A program made the position numbers and the translations under genes. From assembly GCA_035084275.1 (NCBI GenBank), contig CM068748.1, positions 14,322,001 through 14,386,000 of the forward strand: 64,000 bases of DNA. The letters are read 5' to 3'. This document shows, piece by piece, positions 49,846-64,000 of this stretch. The notes beneath the pieces were generated by a model. That model saw only the letters and a program-made list of their open reading frames with translations. It ran no database searches and was not told the origin of the DNA. Position 1 is the first letter of the stretch, and each line of letters begins with the position of its first letter. The stretch is from Hydrolagus colliei (Eukaryota).

Positions 49846-52779
49846 CTGCAAAACAAAGGGTAGGGAAAAGACACAAGGCGTGTTTGGGAGAAGGAAAGGG
49901 AGGAGAAACCATAGGATCTGTGAATGCCAAGGAAGTGAAGAGACAACAAGCTATCGCACATTGCACAGCAACAATACCCGTGATGTTCAGTCTTAATAAA
50001 ACAACTATTCCATCTGGCATTGGTAACCCGGAAAAAAACATATCAATGGTCAATTGACGTCATATCCGACAACAGGAAAAACATTAATCATATAGATTCT
50101 TTACTGGGCACTTAGATAAATATGGGCAGTTTCAGGTAATTAATAAGTCAGTTGATTTTTTAAAAAGGTTTTTTTCCACGTTGTATTTGATTGCATAGTT
50201 CACATCCTTCTGTAGCCACTCTTTCCACATAGCAGATTTTTTTGACACGGAGGTGTTTTAAAAATAAATCGGGTTTAATGTTTGCCGAGTTGAAAATGTT
50301 TAACAGCTATTTAATCCTGGTGATCCTTGAGGTACCAACAGATGATATTTCCATGTGGAAAAGTGAGTCAACTGAAACAGGCAACACAAACACAGAGATT
50401 GATTCAAGTGTGTTACTGAAGCACCGGCACAGCTTCGAGAGAAGCGTCTGTGAAAATAAAACTGCCGACCACAGAGATCACTGGGTTAATCCCAATCCTG
50501 AATGAAAGTTGCACTGTACTGCCGTTTCTGTGCACGGAACACAATAAGCATATACACAAAATGACCAACAGTCAGTGCTGTTAAATCAAAGAAAGCAGTA
50601 ATATGTCAGCAATTTTCACAAGTCAAACATTTCTGCTTCAAGTTTTGTTGACAAAACAGAAGGAGGTTCGAAAGTGCCCCAATGCTATTACAGAAATGAA
50701 ACATTCAAATAACAAAATATGGATTCGCTAACTTAACTAAAGTTTTGTTTAAACATTGGATAACTGATCAGTTATTCAGATGATGCACTGACCAAAGATT
50801 CAACAATGGATGAAATCAATTATTCTTTAACAAAATATGTGCATCGTTTTCTCAGCCCTGCAAAGCACCTCATAAAGCAAGCCACAGTTCTATTTATTAA
50901 GCAAAAACAACTTGACAGTAATTTGACCCTCTGTAAGGTAGTCAATATTGCGTCACGCAAATCCTTCAGAAAATCTGTTTGGGAATAAATTGAAGAACAT
51001 TGGGTTGGAGTTGAGTAATGTATACAGCACCCAAATATACACAGTCAATTCACCTTACAGTATATTCTGAGAAGCTCTATGAGACATCTATATAAAAGAT
51101 GTGAAAAGCGCTATATCAAATACAAGGATTATTATTATTAATGTTAGCTGTAAAGATGTATTACTTTTGGAACTTGGGAGGGTTCTTGTACATAAAGTTT
51201 GTTGGAGCGGGGAAAGTGGTCTGCCTCTCTCTGAAAATCATGTGTTAAATTCGTGACAGAGCTAAATTGTACTTAGTACTTGCATTTTTTGGGGGGTCCT
51301 CGGTCCTTATAGAAGGAATAACATAACAGGTGTTGCATTTTTCTCCTTCTTATGTTCTAAAGTGTATTGGCAAGCAAACATTAACCTGCACAGTGGTAGG
51401 TGGTGCTGACATCAAATTGTCCTGTATCTTTCCAGAAAGCTTTCTCCCCATAAAGCTGGCAACACTATAAAATTCAATCTCATAACAAATTGCCTTTGTT
51501 TCACAGTTGAGTGGATTTTTTGACACGTTTGCCCTGCACTTTATACACTAAAGGAAATGTTGTTACATCCAGATGATGGAACTGGTACTTGAATTTTGCT
51601 TCATGTGGAGTAGGCAAGAAAGAAGGAATTTCCTGCTGCAACGGCATTCAGAAAGAATCTCTAGATGAGAGTTTTGGATGAGGCCTTTACACTGCTTTTT
51701 CCTTAGAATTAGTGAAGAGCTGGTTCGTGTCCAAGAGTGAGAGACTTTTAAAAAGCCTTGATCTTCAAGCTCATTCCATAAATCAGGACAGTAAAATCCT
51801 ATCCTACTATGATATAATTCATTTTCTACCTTAATCCACGTTTTGTTTGGCTAATATTGAAGATATACAGTGAGATTTTATTCCCTATGCTGGCAACAGA
51901 TAGTAAATATTCTGAACTGAGGTGCACAGTTACTGCATTACAGTGGAGATTACTGCATTACGGTGTGCAGAGATGATTGCATTTCCTATTTCACTGTGTG
52001 CAAGTGTAGTCGGTGTTAAGACTTTCCTTGGCGCTTTGGACACCAGTTTACAAGGATAACATCCATTTTCAGGGAAAGCTTGCCTGCTCTTGGTGGAATA
52101 TTTTGAAAGAGGAGTTTAGTAACATGTAAGGAAAGTAAGGAAAGCATTGAGGCAGAAATTAAATTGCTGGATTAAAAGGATTCCCCAAGAAACCATCTCA
52201 ACATAAAGAGTCAATGTGAAGGAATACAGAAAATTAGCAAAAAAAATTAAAAAGACAATGATTTTCTGAATGGAATGCAAAATTTAAAATAAGAAATTCA
52301 GTGTTCCAGTATCCCCTGTACAACTTGCATACTATATATACATAATATATAGATATATACACACATGCATACATAGATAAAATGTAGAATATATTTCCTT
52401 GGGATCTTGATTCAGTTTCCTCGGGAGACTATTAATAGTAATGAGGCATTTTAGTACTTCTTGTGACATCATGTGAAGCATGCTATCTCTCTCCTGACTT
52501 TCACCTTTGTTCTGGAAAGCATGAGTCAGAATCTGATCTAATAATACAGGGAGACTGCAGATATTAAGCATGCATTTAAAATTCAAGATGTATTATTCTC
52601 TAAAAGAGCATCGTGTTCCCTATCCAACCTTTCTCTCTTCCTTTCTCCTACTCAAGAGTATGAGTCTAACTCAAGTGCTGTCACTAGCAGTTCTCTGATC
52701 TATGATATACAAGGTCATTCTTGATGTGAGGGCCTTTGGAGTGAACACAATACAATCCCAGGGCTGCCTGCTCTCACTT

Positions 52780-53400
52780 GCACTCTTTCCTGCTTGTGAG
52801 TGAGTTGGTCACTCATTCTTGAAAAAGACTGAGACCTCTTGATAGCTTCTCGGAAGGGTGCGGACTGTAGTTTTGAAAGGAAATAGGAATAGTGCCAGAA
52901 GATACGGAATGGTTGACTACATCTGTAATGAAGGGCAGAGGAGGTGGCAATTGGGTTGTCGGAAGCTGGGTAGGAATAGGATGAGGTGGGGGTTATGAAA
53001 CCAGGTGGTGGGTTTGATGTTGGAGATGAGGATAGAGTGGGATGAAAGAGTGGGATTAAAGCAACTCATCTAGAGGAAAAAGCAACTGATTAAGAGGGAA
53101 AAAAAGGCATTTAGAGCCTTGAAGGAAAATAACACAGAATTAAGTCTGATTCGACAACAGAAGGTATTCTATCAAAGGAGTAAAGGTGGCAAATGTATGC
53201 CAGGTGTGTGCATGGGGATGGGGTGCGGGAAGAGGATATAGTCAGGCAGATTTTAATGATTTTGGCGAAGCCCAAGCCTGCCTTCATTTAGTATCAGAGG
53301 TGAAGATAGAGAGGGCTTGAGGAGGAGGGGAATTGAGCAGGTGAACAGACCAACATAAATGTATGGTGGAAGTTGATCTATTTTTGTTGAGGCCTAGCAT
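52780..53400 (-). mobile_element. Probable decayed L2 LINE internal fragment
   Basis: Purine-rich plus strand (C/T-rich sense strand) typical of L2 ORF2; no open frame left; boundaries approximate. Confidence 0.4.
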
Positions 53401-54671
53401 ATTTGTTTTTAAAAATACAAATACTTTCATGTGCATCCGCAATCACTGGCATGTGGGAGAAGAGGGAATCAACCGAAGGTGACATTACTTGTGAGAATGA
53501 ACATCTGCCTTTATTTTGTGATGTGGAAATAATGATAAATGTATCCTATTTCTCTTATTCCCACACATGTAGTATGTTAATATTTAATTGGCCTGGTTAA
53601 AAATAGTTCACAAGAAGTCTTATTTTACTTTCCTCTCCTGAGAACCAAATGTATTGCAGCGAGAAATCCACTCGGGGGAAACGCTACAGTATTAGACACA
53701 GCCAGTGAGACACTTGTGTGTGTTTGTGTACAATGCTCATGACTCTCTGGTGCTGTGCAGGAAACAAACTTTCACTCTTGAGTCATGACTGAGATGTGAT
53801 TTTGCTGTGCAACATTCACTAGAATAACTAAAGGAACTGCTGATAAAAGGCCACAAACAAATCTCTGTGGAGCACCATAAAGCAGTGAAAGGAGAGACTT
53901 CATCACACATCCATTGCTAAGGCCTTTGTTTGGTGGTCTATAATTTTCTGAGGGACAAGTGGTTCTGTGTTGATGAGCAATGTTAAAAAGGTCGCTGTTG
54001 GCTGAATGTGACTAAGGCATTATATTCAGCATGATACGACTCAAACAAAATGAACCACGATCCAATTTTTGCAAACTGCTAATCTTTTTTCCCCAAATGG
54101 AAAAATAACATTACTCTAACTCAGTGGACGAAGAACAGTTTGGTAAAGTTTAATTTCTTTCTACGGTTTGCATTTAAAATATATATATACTATATATACA
54201 GTACTTGAATAATAATTTTGTGTAAACTAGAATTGTTATCAAAATATGTAAAATAAGTGTTTTATCAAAAGTGGAATATTTCAAGCAGTAAATATTATGA
54301 CATAAGCAAGTTAAATATCCAAATTACATTTAGCACCATGACACTGATGTTAATTTCAATATTGAATGCAAAAATATGCATGAGAATTGTAACATAAACA
54401 GTAAATTTAAGGGGTTTATCTGTGCCTCTAATGGGAATTGTAAGAGTTCAATTGTCTCTACATGCAACATTGATCTGGGTAAGATTACAAAGATCTGATG
54501 TTTCCTCATGGTGACAGGCCAGGTAGTACATTTCTGACTCATCACTTCTCATTTCATTATAAATCACTCCTCACACGCGCTAAACCCTCACCTGCGCAAA
54601 CATCTGCCTGTGTATCACCCCAACTCCTGAGTAACACTCAGTTTCAAGCCAAAATGGTTAACCTGAGTTTA

Positions 54672-54685
54672 GTTTCCATGGCAAC
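54672..54685. promoter_or_regulatory. RFX X-box motif
   Basis: GTTTCCATGGCAAC fits the palindromic consensus GTTNCCATGGNAAC. Confidence 0.55.
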
Positions 54686-55619
54686 AACAGTTGTTGATTA
54701 AATCCCTTTTTGTTTGGTTTGATTCCTAGTGCTGTTCTGAGTGAAGTGATTTGGGCTGAGGCAGTAACCCGGGGTAGGGAGGGCAATATTAAACTGGACC
54801 ACACACCTGATAACTCCATCTCACCATCACCCCAATGAGAGGTGAATGTGTTTGTGGGCAACAGATGAAGCTCAAGCTTGGCTGGCTAACATGTGTGGAA
54901 ACTTTTCCAACAGGCTTAAGGGTATCCAAACCGAACTGAGAATTCCATGCAAATCACCTGCATGTGGAGATTCGGGGAATGGAATGTGCACTCTCTCCGT
55001 TGAAGGATGCATCCCGCTTATCCCCGCACTCTGGTGTAGAGCAAGGGAGTGTAGGGAAACTTAGAAATAATTCATGAAGCAAAGTGCATTCAGGAGAGGA
55101 AGAAGCAGAGATAAAGAGTTTGAATTTTTACACAAAAGTGTTTAGATTTCTAATAGGGCTGTGATTGACTGCATAAAGTGTGCTAGGATAACATGTTGTA
55201 TCTGCTGTGGAAAGTGATCCTCATCAGTACATCAATATTGCATGTTATCACCTAGCAATAATTCTAAAACAGTCCCTGAAGTTTGCAGAAATAATTTGGA
55301 TTGGATTATATTCCTTAACCAAGGATCTCATCTGATCTGTGGACTGAATGGCTGCCCAGCAGAATGCTTGTTGTCAGCAATGATGAATTAAGCACCAGTT
55401 GCACAGTATTTAGAACCCCCCTTGAGATGCAGGGAGCCTTCTCTGACCTGGAATAAACAGAGCACATCACTGCTGATGACGAGTTCAGAAAGTTGTTTCA
55501 CTTGTGTAGCAGCTCAGTCCTGCAGACTAATAATCACTGTGGGGAGGCCACTGTGTATCCAAAGGTGCCAGACACTCCAGTGCTGCTGAACTCTAAATAT
55601 TCACCACATCTTGGAAAGA

Positions 55620-55940
55620 AACTTGGTCCTGGGTACAATTTCCAGGAGAATACGGCTTTGCTTTGGGAGCCTATTTAGCCCCACCCTACCTCAGCGACCT
55701 CTTAACCCTCTAGCAACCTGTCCACTCCCTCCACTGAACGTGCTCTGTCCTGCTCCATGTCCCCCAGCCCACCCAACCAATGACAGGTGAGCCTTCAGCT
55801 ATTCTGCCCCCAACCTCTGGAATTCCATCTTGCAATCCCTCTGCCTCGCCTCCTTCCTAGCCTCCTTCAACCCCAGTGCCTTGGGACGTCCTCTTGACGT
55901 GAAAGGCGCTATACAAATGTAAATTTGTGGTTATTGTTGC
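55620..55940 (+). mobile_element. L2 LINE 3' end fragment (similar at about 3785-4035 +, 12400-12600 +, 40935-41110 -)
   Basis: GCCTTCAGCTATTCTGCCCCCAACCTCTGGAATTCC (AFS...P.LWNS motif of the L2 ORF2 end) followed by GGGACGTCC...GTGAAAGGCGCTATACAAATGT tail. Confidence 0.75.
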
Positions 55941-56880
55941 AGTTGTTTTTTGGGGAGCCTACTTGGGTTCATTTGAAATGTTCCAAGTGATTGTGATGAG
56001 CTTTTGTTCCAAGGGGGAATCAGAGGCTAACTCAAAGCAATAGGCGTGTCTTAACGGTTTCCTGGGTTTCCATTTCTTTAGCTGAAGTCTAGGGAACCAG
56101 AATGCTCTTGTTTACGAATGAGAGAAGCTGGCAACATGTATGTTGCTGAGAGCAGCAGAAGAACTGTCTCCAGAACATTTATCTACTGAATCAGCTCCTC
56201 CTCCTCATCAGGAAACACTTTATTCCAAACTACATGCAGCTCACAGGAACCCCCGCTGGCCTTTGAGAGCCCTCTACCAGTAACACGGGCTGAAATTCTG
56301 TACTTCTTTTTGTCAATATTTCCTCGTATTATATTTACACAGGTTCTAAAAGGATTTAATGAAACAACAAATTGCTGCCTTGAGCAAGGCTCAAATGGTC
56401 AGGCATACAATTAGGAATCGTTAAATGAGTAGTGGGGTGCGAACGGGGATAGTGATACTGTGGAGGAACGGATTTGATATCCTTTTCTTGTATCAGGTTT
56501 GCATTGCTAAATTAATAACATTCTTGGACTAGAATTTGTGGTGCCGAGTGATTCAAATCAGTATGTAAATGCTGCACACTATCACCTGGTCATAATTCTA
56601 AGATAATCCCTGAAGCTTGCAAAAATCATTTGTAGCTGGAATTTCCTGAAACTGTTATTACGCTGCTATAACTTCTAACTAACAATGAGGGTGGTTCCAT
56701 TCAATCAGCACAGAAAATCTTGAGAAATAGAGAGAGAGAAAGCAAGACAGCACTTTGAATCATGATATATTCTTCCTTCTGTTTGCCTCAAGTAGCATTT
56801 GTGTATGGTTACAACCCCACATCCCTCCATTAACCAAGAGTCCACTTGAACGTTGTAATATTTACAGTTACAACCATTCA

Positions 56881-57300
56881 TGTGTGGCTCAGTAGTTAGC
56901 ATTTTTGCCTGAGTTGGAAGTTTGTGTGTTCAAGCCAACAAAGTCAGTCTAAGATGACACTCCAATACAGTGCTGAGGTGTGCTTTACTATTGGGGGTGT
57001 TATCTTTTGAATAAGATGTTGAATTGGGATCCTGCCTGCATGCTCTGCATGTTCAGGTGGATATTAAAGATACCTGGCAATAATCAAAAAGAGAAGGGAA
57101 TAGTGTTCTGGCCATTCTTCTGGCCAACAATCCCATGGACAAAATTGCTCACTTACTTCATGGCTGCTTGTGGATTGTTATGCACAAATTGGCTGTAATG
57201 TGTACCAATAAACATACAGTCATTACATTTCACAGTAAATTCCTGTGAAGCACGTTGGGACATCTCGATGGCGTGATAAAGGCTAAATGGAAGGATTATT
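56881..57300 (+). mobile_element. Diverged near-full-length DeuSINE-like SINE (SacSINE1/AmnSINE1 type)
   Basis: tRNA-like head TGTGGCTCAGTAGTTAGCA...GTTCAAGCC; central GACACTCCAATACAGTGCTGAGG...TCAGGTGGATATTAAAGAT; tail GCACAAATTGGCTG...GTGAAGCACGTTGGGACATC. Family recognised from memory of the consensus. Confidence 0.75.
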
Positions 57301-59363
57301 GTTAATCACATCTCAGACCCTGGTTAAAAGGAATCACAGCTAATGTAATTGCTTGGTAACATGCTGACTATGGATATTAGAGACAGCAGTATTAAAGAAA
57401 GAGGGAGCTAAAACAAACAGCCTTGCAAGGCAAAGAACAGTGACAGTTTCCCTGACCAACTCAGAGTAATTCTTGTTAATTGTAAATTGCTGTGGCTCAC
57501 AGATATGCATTTAAAATAACTCTAAATATCTGTCCTGGGGTTACAGACTTGACCTCAAATGTGCACTATTATCCATTTCCTCAGCTTTGTATGCCGCTGC
57601 ATATTATTAGTCATTTATGTGAACCATTTCAGTACTTTTGTCTTGAATCACAATCAATACTCACATAATGTGGCTTGTGATTATTAGAGATTTTCAGGGA
57701 TTAAGACCCATTTTATTAAATAACAGCAGCTAAAGGCTTTCTTATTATCCAACATAAAGCATGCTCTCATTTTGTAAGTCCCCATCAACGGGTTTTTGAT
57801 AAAATAGCTTGCAGCCCGCTTCATCCTGACCTGATAGTAAGCCCGCCTTCCTCATGCAGACATCTTTGTTATTTGCTTGTTTACATGTTGTCACTGGGGT
57901 TATGCTGTGCTATGCGTAAGAAAAATGTAATTGCTTGTCTAAATATCTATAAGTAAATGCATTATTTTACAACAAAAATACCCTCAAGCTAAACACAAGT
58001 CACTTAATCTTGACCCTGTTAAGTAAATCAGATTTCCAGTGCATACATTAAATGTCAAACACTTTGGAAGACAGCCACCAGTAGAAAGTTGCTACTGATA
58101 ACTGTATTTCAGTTATTAGTAGCAACTGCATTTTTACATTTCTTCCATCCGCATTTGGAAATTCTCTGATCTATGTAATGTACACTGTATAGCATGGATA
58201 GAATTTAAGCAACTTTCCAATCACTCTTATTTTAATAATGAATATAATGCGTTTCATTTTGCATCATTCCTTTTTTAAAAAAAAAGCCCAGGTGGAATGC
58301 ATAGATAGAGAACCCAGAGCAACTGCATTGGAGAATTAGGGATGAGACAATGCATTAAAAGTTGTGATTTCAAGGCAGAGAGGAGGAGCATACAACAGGG
58401 CAATTTGGAGCTTGAATGGAAAGTTCAGAAGAGCAACTGACTACAATGACGTCCATAAAATAGAGACAGAAGGGCTCAAGAGTGAGACAGGGAAAATAGG
58501 CATTACAATTGATCCAAAGATTATCTAACAGACAACAAACTGCAGTAAAGACTCAGGAAACTCAGGACTGATTGTGTTGAATTTATATTAATTCATTAAT
58601 TGATATTAATGCATCGATTATTGGACAACCAGCAAAGTTATTTTCAAGGGACATCAAATGGGTCTTTTCCCACAAATAGTATCCACATCGGCAATCATGG
58701 TTGTCTTTGTGAGTTACTAAACTACAGATGCAAACACAGGGCAGTAATTGTATTTATGGTATGAGTTAATCCAATGTTTCTGGTCTTCTCATGAGGAGAT
58801 GCTATCTTTCATTATGTTTGATCAAAATCTGATATCACTAAAGTGAAGACTTAATGTTAGAGGACCAACCGTATTCAGACAGGCTATGCCCTTGGGTTCC
58901 CTGCTCACCCAATTTCAAGAAGAAGCTAGAAAAAATGACATTAAGTTTGAGGAAAGTCCAATGAGGCTTTCAAGGTTATTGAAGTAGTGAGTGTGTTTAC
59001 ATTCACAGCTCATTGACAACTCCAGCAGATGAACTGTGGCACCATGTAAGTACGTGTCCAGTGGTTAAGCAGAATTTAAATAGATATATCCTGCACATGT
59101 TGGGAGAAAAGTCAAATTACATTTCATTCAAACATTTATTTAACAACCTATATGTGCAGAATATTAGATACATACTAAAGCAAAGACTTTTCTCAATCCA
59201 AAATACTGGCCCAATCTCTGCGACTTTTTGAACTATTCCCTAGAGACTATGTATTGAAGATCACTTACAGCATGAAAAGTCCTCACTTTCTGTTGAATTT
59301 TCATTAATAATGAATATCCTATTGGAAGGACAACATCAACCCAGCATATTGTGGGCTACCTAC

Positions 59364-59429
59364 CTTGCGTCTGCTTCACTGTAGTATTCCCTGGCCACGA
59401 TATCTTCAAAAAGTTCACCTCCGGTAACC
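59364..59429 (-). CDS. CAMK2G: CaMKII kinase exon 5-equivalent (66 nt): [21 protein letters not shown](S)
   Basis: tgatag|G GTT ACC ... GCA AG|gtaggt; canonical 66 nt; phase 2-2. Not in the ORF track. Confidence 0.97.
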
Positions 59430-60553
59430 CTATCAATTAAAATAAGATTCAGAAATTGAAGAGTGAAAGCAGTAATCAGAAGAGCTGAGTGATTACACCT
59501 GACTACGCTTTGAAAGATGCCCTCCCACACACCTCAGCTCCTCTGGGGTAGAGCCAGAACTACCCCAGTGACAGAGTTAATCAGGTATCTGAAGCAAGGA
59601 TCATCAACGTCTCAGCTCATTTAGCTCCAGTATCTGCAAGGTGGCCATCAAATGAGATGGGTTTCCAGGAGCAATTGTACTGATTATGCTGGAGACAAAT
59701 GCACAGTAATTCTCCAAATCACAATCCCCAACAATTCACAGAGAATTCAGGTTTGACTTGACTTAACAATCTCCATCGCTGAACATAATGTATTCTCCAT
59801 TTTACAGGGAGAATCAGGAGCAGGCTGTCTACCATCTACAATAGTATTTTTTTCTGTTTGAGAATTCAGCATTATTCATTAACCTTCCACTCAGAATATA
59901 TCTGAATTATTTTCAGTTTGGGTTTTATTACGACTAACAAGCAGAGCCGAGTGTCTGTTTCCATGTAATCAGCAAACAGTCAAGGATAGGAACAAAGACT
60001 GTGTTCTTCAAATCAAATGTGCTTTAAATTGCTACTGAACAGCTCCAATGTGAACAAAGAGGCAGGTATTTTGAAATGCACTAATGATGGTTAAATGTTT
60101 GGGTATATTATTGGTTACATAATCAAATCTGCCTTTAGAACGATCAGATGGGAGAGGCACAGAATTGATCACATTTACTTTGATATTTTCAATAGTAATA
60201 CATCATTCATGACAGCGGAAGGTTGATCGACTGATTTGAATGCACTCAATCTAGGAAGCACAAAGTTAATGCTATCCCAGAATCCACCTGCTATAGATCC
60301 TAATCTATTCAGTATAGACATATACTAGGTTATGTATCCAAATTAAGAGAACTTGCAAGACACAATGGCTGCTTTAGGCCATTAAACTACCATGTGCCAT
60401 TGAGTGTATCTGCAGATCTCTTTTTTTTAGCAGGAGTGTAATTTGTTTCAGAAGATTTTATTTCATTGGGTGAATGCTAATGGTTTACATATTTTTCATT
60501 GTTGTGGGCAAACCCTAACATTGATCATTTAAGTAAACCAGCTGCCAATATTT

Positions 60554-60572
60554 TACCACCCCCTGGTGGCCA
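60554..60572 (-). promoter_or_regulatory. CTCF-type motif
   Basis: Minus strand TGGCCACCAGGGGGTGGTA, 17/19 match to the consensus TGGCCACCAGGGGGCGCTA. Confidence 0.65.
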
Positions 60573-63500
60573 GCTCAAGCATGATCTTGGTTTGGGAGGT
60601 ATTTCTTGGCTTCAACCATCCTCCCTGGCAACCTGTTCCATTAGTTAACTACTCTCTGGATAAAGAAAAATGCCTTGGTGTTTATCCTAAAGTTACCATT
60701 TGAAATCCTAAATGTCTGTCCTCTTGTTCTACTGTTGTTGTGCATCCTAAAGTACATGAAACCTATTTTTTTCAAAAGAAGATAAAGTTTAGCAAGTTGT
60801 TGCTTGATGCCAGCTGTTCATTTCCATCAAATTGCTTGGTCCCTCTGGCCTTTAAAGAATATCTTGGGGGTAGTTTCCCCCCCAAAATGATTTTTACCCT
60901 TTCAGATGCTGAACAAGCAGCACAGATTTATAAAAACAGTGAAGCTTCCAGAAACAGTCGATATCCGCTAGTAACCTCCATTTGCCTTACAAAATACACA
61001 ATCACTAGACACAATCACTAGTATGTCCTGTGAAGCAATTTAAGATGTCCTCTCAACATTGAAAGCTTCTATATTGAATGTAAAGATTACTGTTTTTATT
61101 GAGACTAATTTTAAAAAGTGGGTGTAAAATATATGATTATATTCACTAGCAATGTGAAACATATGCCCTGGTTTAAACCAATTGCTGTTTTTCGTAAGAG
61201 ATTTGCATCAGAGTTTACAGAATGATTTATGAAAAGTCAATGGCTGAAAAGAATACATACTACTATTTATGGTGTGTGTTTTTTCAACCACGTGAAAGAA
61301 ATTCCAGGAGTCCTGCACCCTCTTTGCTGGGAGATTTGATCCTTGGATAAATTTCTATTCTCTGTGTGTTTTTTATTCATGTTGCCTAGTGCAGTTAAAT
61401 ACAGTCTATATCTTGCTTCTGAATCCTTTTTTATGGTCATACTTTGAATGTCTTAATAAATCTCATGAGGGAGCATTACATTATTTAGGAAATTGGGATG
61501 GAAACCTGCTCTGTGTTTCACTCGGATGGGGTGGCATTGACAACGGAACAAAACCTAGTTGGATTTATATTTATATTTCTTTAACAGTTCAGTTCTTCAA
61601 ACATTGCATGGCAATGAGAAGGTCAGAGAATGATGCCCATAGAAGGATGGTGAACTGCGTATTTCTGCTGTGCTTCTTTTAAACAAAAAGTCCCCAAAGT
61701 GTTGTGTGAACATTTTTTAAGCATGAAAGCCCATGGTAAAAAAAATTGCGGCATGAATCCCTTGGGCTCAACGACATGTTCTCTTCAGCCAAGTGGAACT
61801 AGTCTGTTTGCTGCCATTCAAGTGCATGAAAGGCTTAACAGTCACCAATATCAGTGCCATTTCCCAACTAAATTAGATTGATGGCCAGTCCCATCATTCT
61901 AATTCTAACACAATAGTTTCCCCAATATAAAATGATGCAATCTACCATAGGACTCACACGTGCCGTTCGCTCAAAGTCTGCCACTACCGTTCGCAGTTCT
62001 GGATTAACAAAAATACTGCATTTAAAAACACAGAGCTATGGATGAAGAAATTGGGAACAGGGAATTAATCTGCTCAACCTTTTATTTAAACTTTAGTTAT
62101 TTATGGTCAAAACTGACTCATTTTGATTGGCTCACAGGTCGGGAGAGGGGGGGGAAATTCTGGCAAAGAAAATAAAAATTCAAATAAAAGAGAGAAAATA
62201 TTAGAAAGGTGTTGTATCAAATGCAAGGATTATTATTATTCTAAAAATAGTTAAGATTGCTCAATGCCTAACTTGTTGTATGTCAGTGCTTTATACAGCA
62301 GTTACTGTACCTGAGCCAGTGATCTTGAGATCAGGACAAGCAAGGCTTTTTAGGCGCAATCTCCTAACTTCCTTTTAAGGAATGTTAGAATTCCTGTGAC
62401 CTGGAATTCTAATCCGGAAGAATGCATTGGTTCCATAGGTCATCATCATGTACTTTTGGTTATCAGAAAGAATCTAATTTGAACAATTCTGATTCCTTAT
62501 TAAGGATTGCCTATACAAAAACCGCCCCTCTTTCCACCCCCACTTCATATTTTAATATTGACATTTATGAGAGTGTCTGAGCCATGAATGTCTATCTTTT
62601 TATAAGCGGAATGGGATACCAATGTTAAGTAAATTTGAGAGGCCTGTTTCACACTGCCGGTAATTTCCAAAATAATGGACTGCCACAATTTAAACCCTAG
62701 GTATGAATTTTTAATGGAAGCAATCCGATAACTGCAATCTGCGTCTTTCACTTACACTAAACGGCGCTGGCTGATTTAATTGAACAAATTCATCATGCCT
62801 TTACGGAAGTATAATTCAGCTGTATGAATTTTCTGGTTGGTTTAGTCAAATATTCTGAGATGGAAATTACAATTTATTGTCCAGAGAAATGTACAGGCTT
62901 TGTGAAATGCTTTGAGACATTTTCCCAACATGAAAGGTGCCATTTAAGTGCAAACTATTATTGTACCACACCTTTTTCTATATAATTAAGTCCTGTCTAA
63001 AACGGGTTTGGTTGCTCACACCGCAGCAATTCTCAGCCTCCAGATGAACAATTTGACGGGTGCTTGCACCCAGAGGTATTTATGAATGCTGACAATACCA
63101 TTTAATCATGTGAAGCATGCTCTGCTTACGATCCAACTGCAATACTCTTCCAAAGAACTGACAGTGGTGGTTAACTGGTTGGACTGCCATCATTCATCAC
63201 TTTGAGGGTAAAATCATTTCAATATCATTCGGTTTCTTCTCAGGGTGTGACATTGCAAAATTCTCAGAGACAACGTCTTAAGCAAAATAAGGCATGTACA
63301 CAAAGGTAAGCATAGCCTGTGCCCAGAATCAGAATGTAGTCCCAGGAAATGGGACTCGGCAAACCCTTCACATTTTATTATCACTAGGTATTGGCTTTCA
63401 TTTATCTGGGAGTCAATATAAAATTTCCAACAAGGGTTTCATCTATTTACAAGGGTTTAATACAACATTCATTTTCAGAAGAGCTGGACATGTGCTCATG

Positions 63501-64000
63501 TTGCTTTTCTGGTATTGACAAAAAACGGCAACACTACTTTGAACAATAGAATGTACTGAGTACATGTTTCTACTGACAAAACTCAATCTAATGTCATCTC
63601 CTTAAAAATTCCATTCACACACCTCAGCGAAACTAAAATTGCTTCAATTAACTGAAAAAGTCAAGCTTTAACTTGCCACAGCAATGTATAAATATTTTAA
63701 CGCTGCACCTTTTAATCTTTACTAGACATTGTGACTGCATCAGAGTTCAAGGTTGTCTGTGAATGTAAATTTCACATTGCCCATCTTTGGTAGAATTATT
63801 TTCGACAGATTTATTTCACTTTTATTACTCTTTAATTTGAAATTAACACAAAATCATCTCTGTCCAGAAACATTATAAGTTCCCACTGCAAAATACTTTG
63901 TGTCCAATTAGGTCTGCATACAGTATTATCGGTATATTTTCCTATGGCTATAATTTGGCTTTGTAAGCTTTAATGTCTTGCTGACAGGATCCTGTGCTAG

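Noticed and set aside
53596-53790. MEF2-like TTAAAAATAG plus AP-1 TGAGTCA (also CTAAAAATAG at 62241)
   Set aside because: Short AT-rich motifs in AT-rich DNA; not distinguishable from background without conservation data.
59430-64000. Kinase exon 4 (VRLHDSISEEGFHYLVFDL)
   Set aside because: Not found by eye; presumably upstream of the window.

Overview
Vertebrate, AT-rich, CpG-poor genomic DNA. The repeat content (DeuSINE-type SINEs with L2 tails, CR1 and L2 fragments) suggests a cartilaginous fish, possibly a chimaera; that is inference. The whole window lies inside one minus-strand gene, Ca2+/calmodulin-dependent protein kinase II, best matching the gamma paralogue (CAMK2G). I traced 16 GT-AG exons from kinase exon 5 (59364-59429) to the second hub-domain exon (607-701); all join in frame, and the kinase, regulatory and hub exons have the canonical CaMKII lengths. 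The first four exons and the last coding exon lie outside the window. The most interesting observations are: (i) an extra in-frame 84-nt linker cassette exon (7987-8070) that weakly resembles the Pro-rich repeat exons of CaMKII beta-M; (ii) further candidate splicing elements in the variable linker (an internal donor, a NAGNAG acceptor, a frameshifting 26-nt microexon and an AG|GT zero-length site); (iii) a young 1284-bp non-autonomous hAT element with perfect TIRs and an 8-bp TSD, carrying a C-rich minisatellite and NRF1- and YY1-type motifs; (iv) strong single CTCF and RFX motifs and a cluster of CRE half-sites. I found no evidence for a wholly new biological system. The long ORFs in the supplied track are artefacts of the minisatellite.
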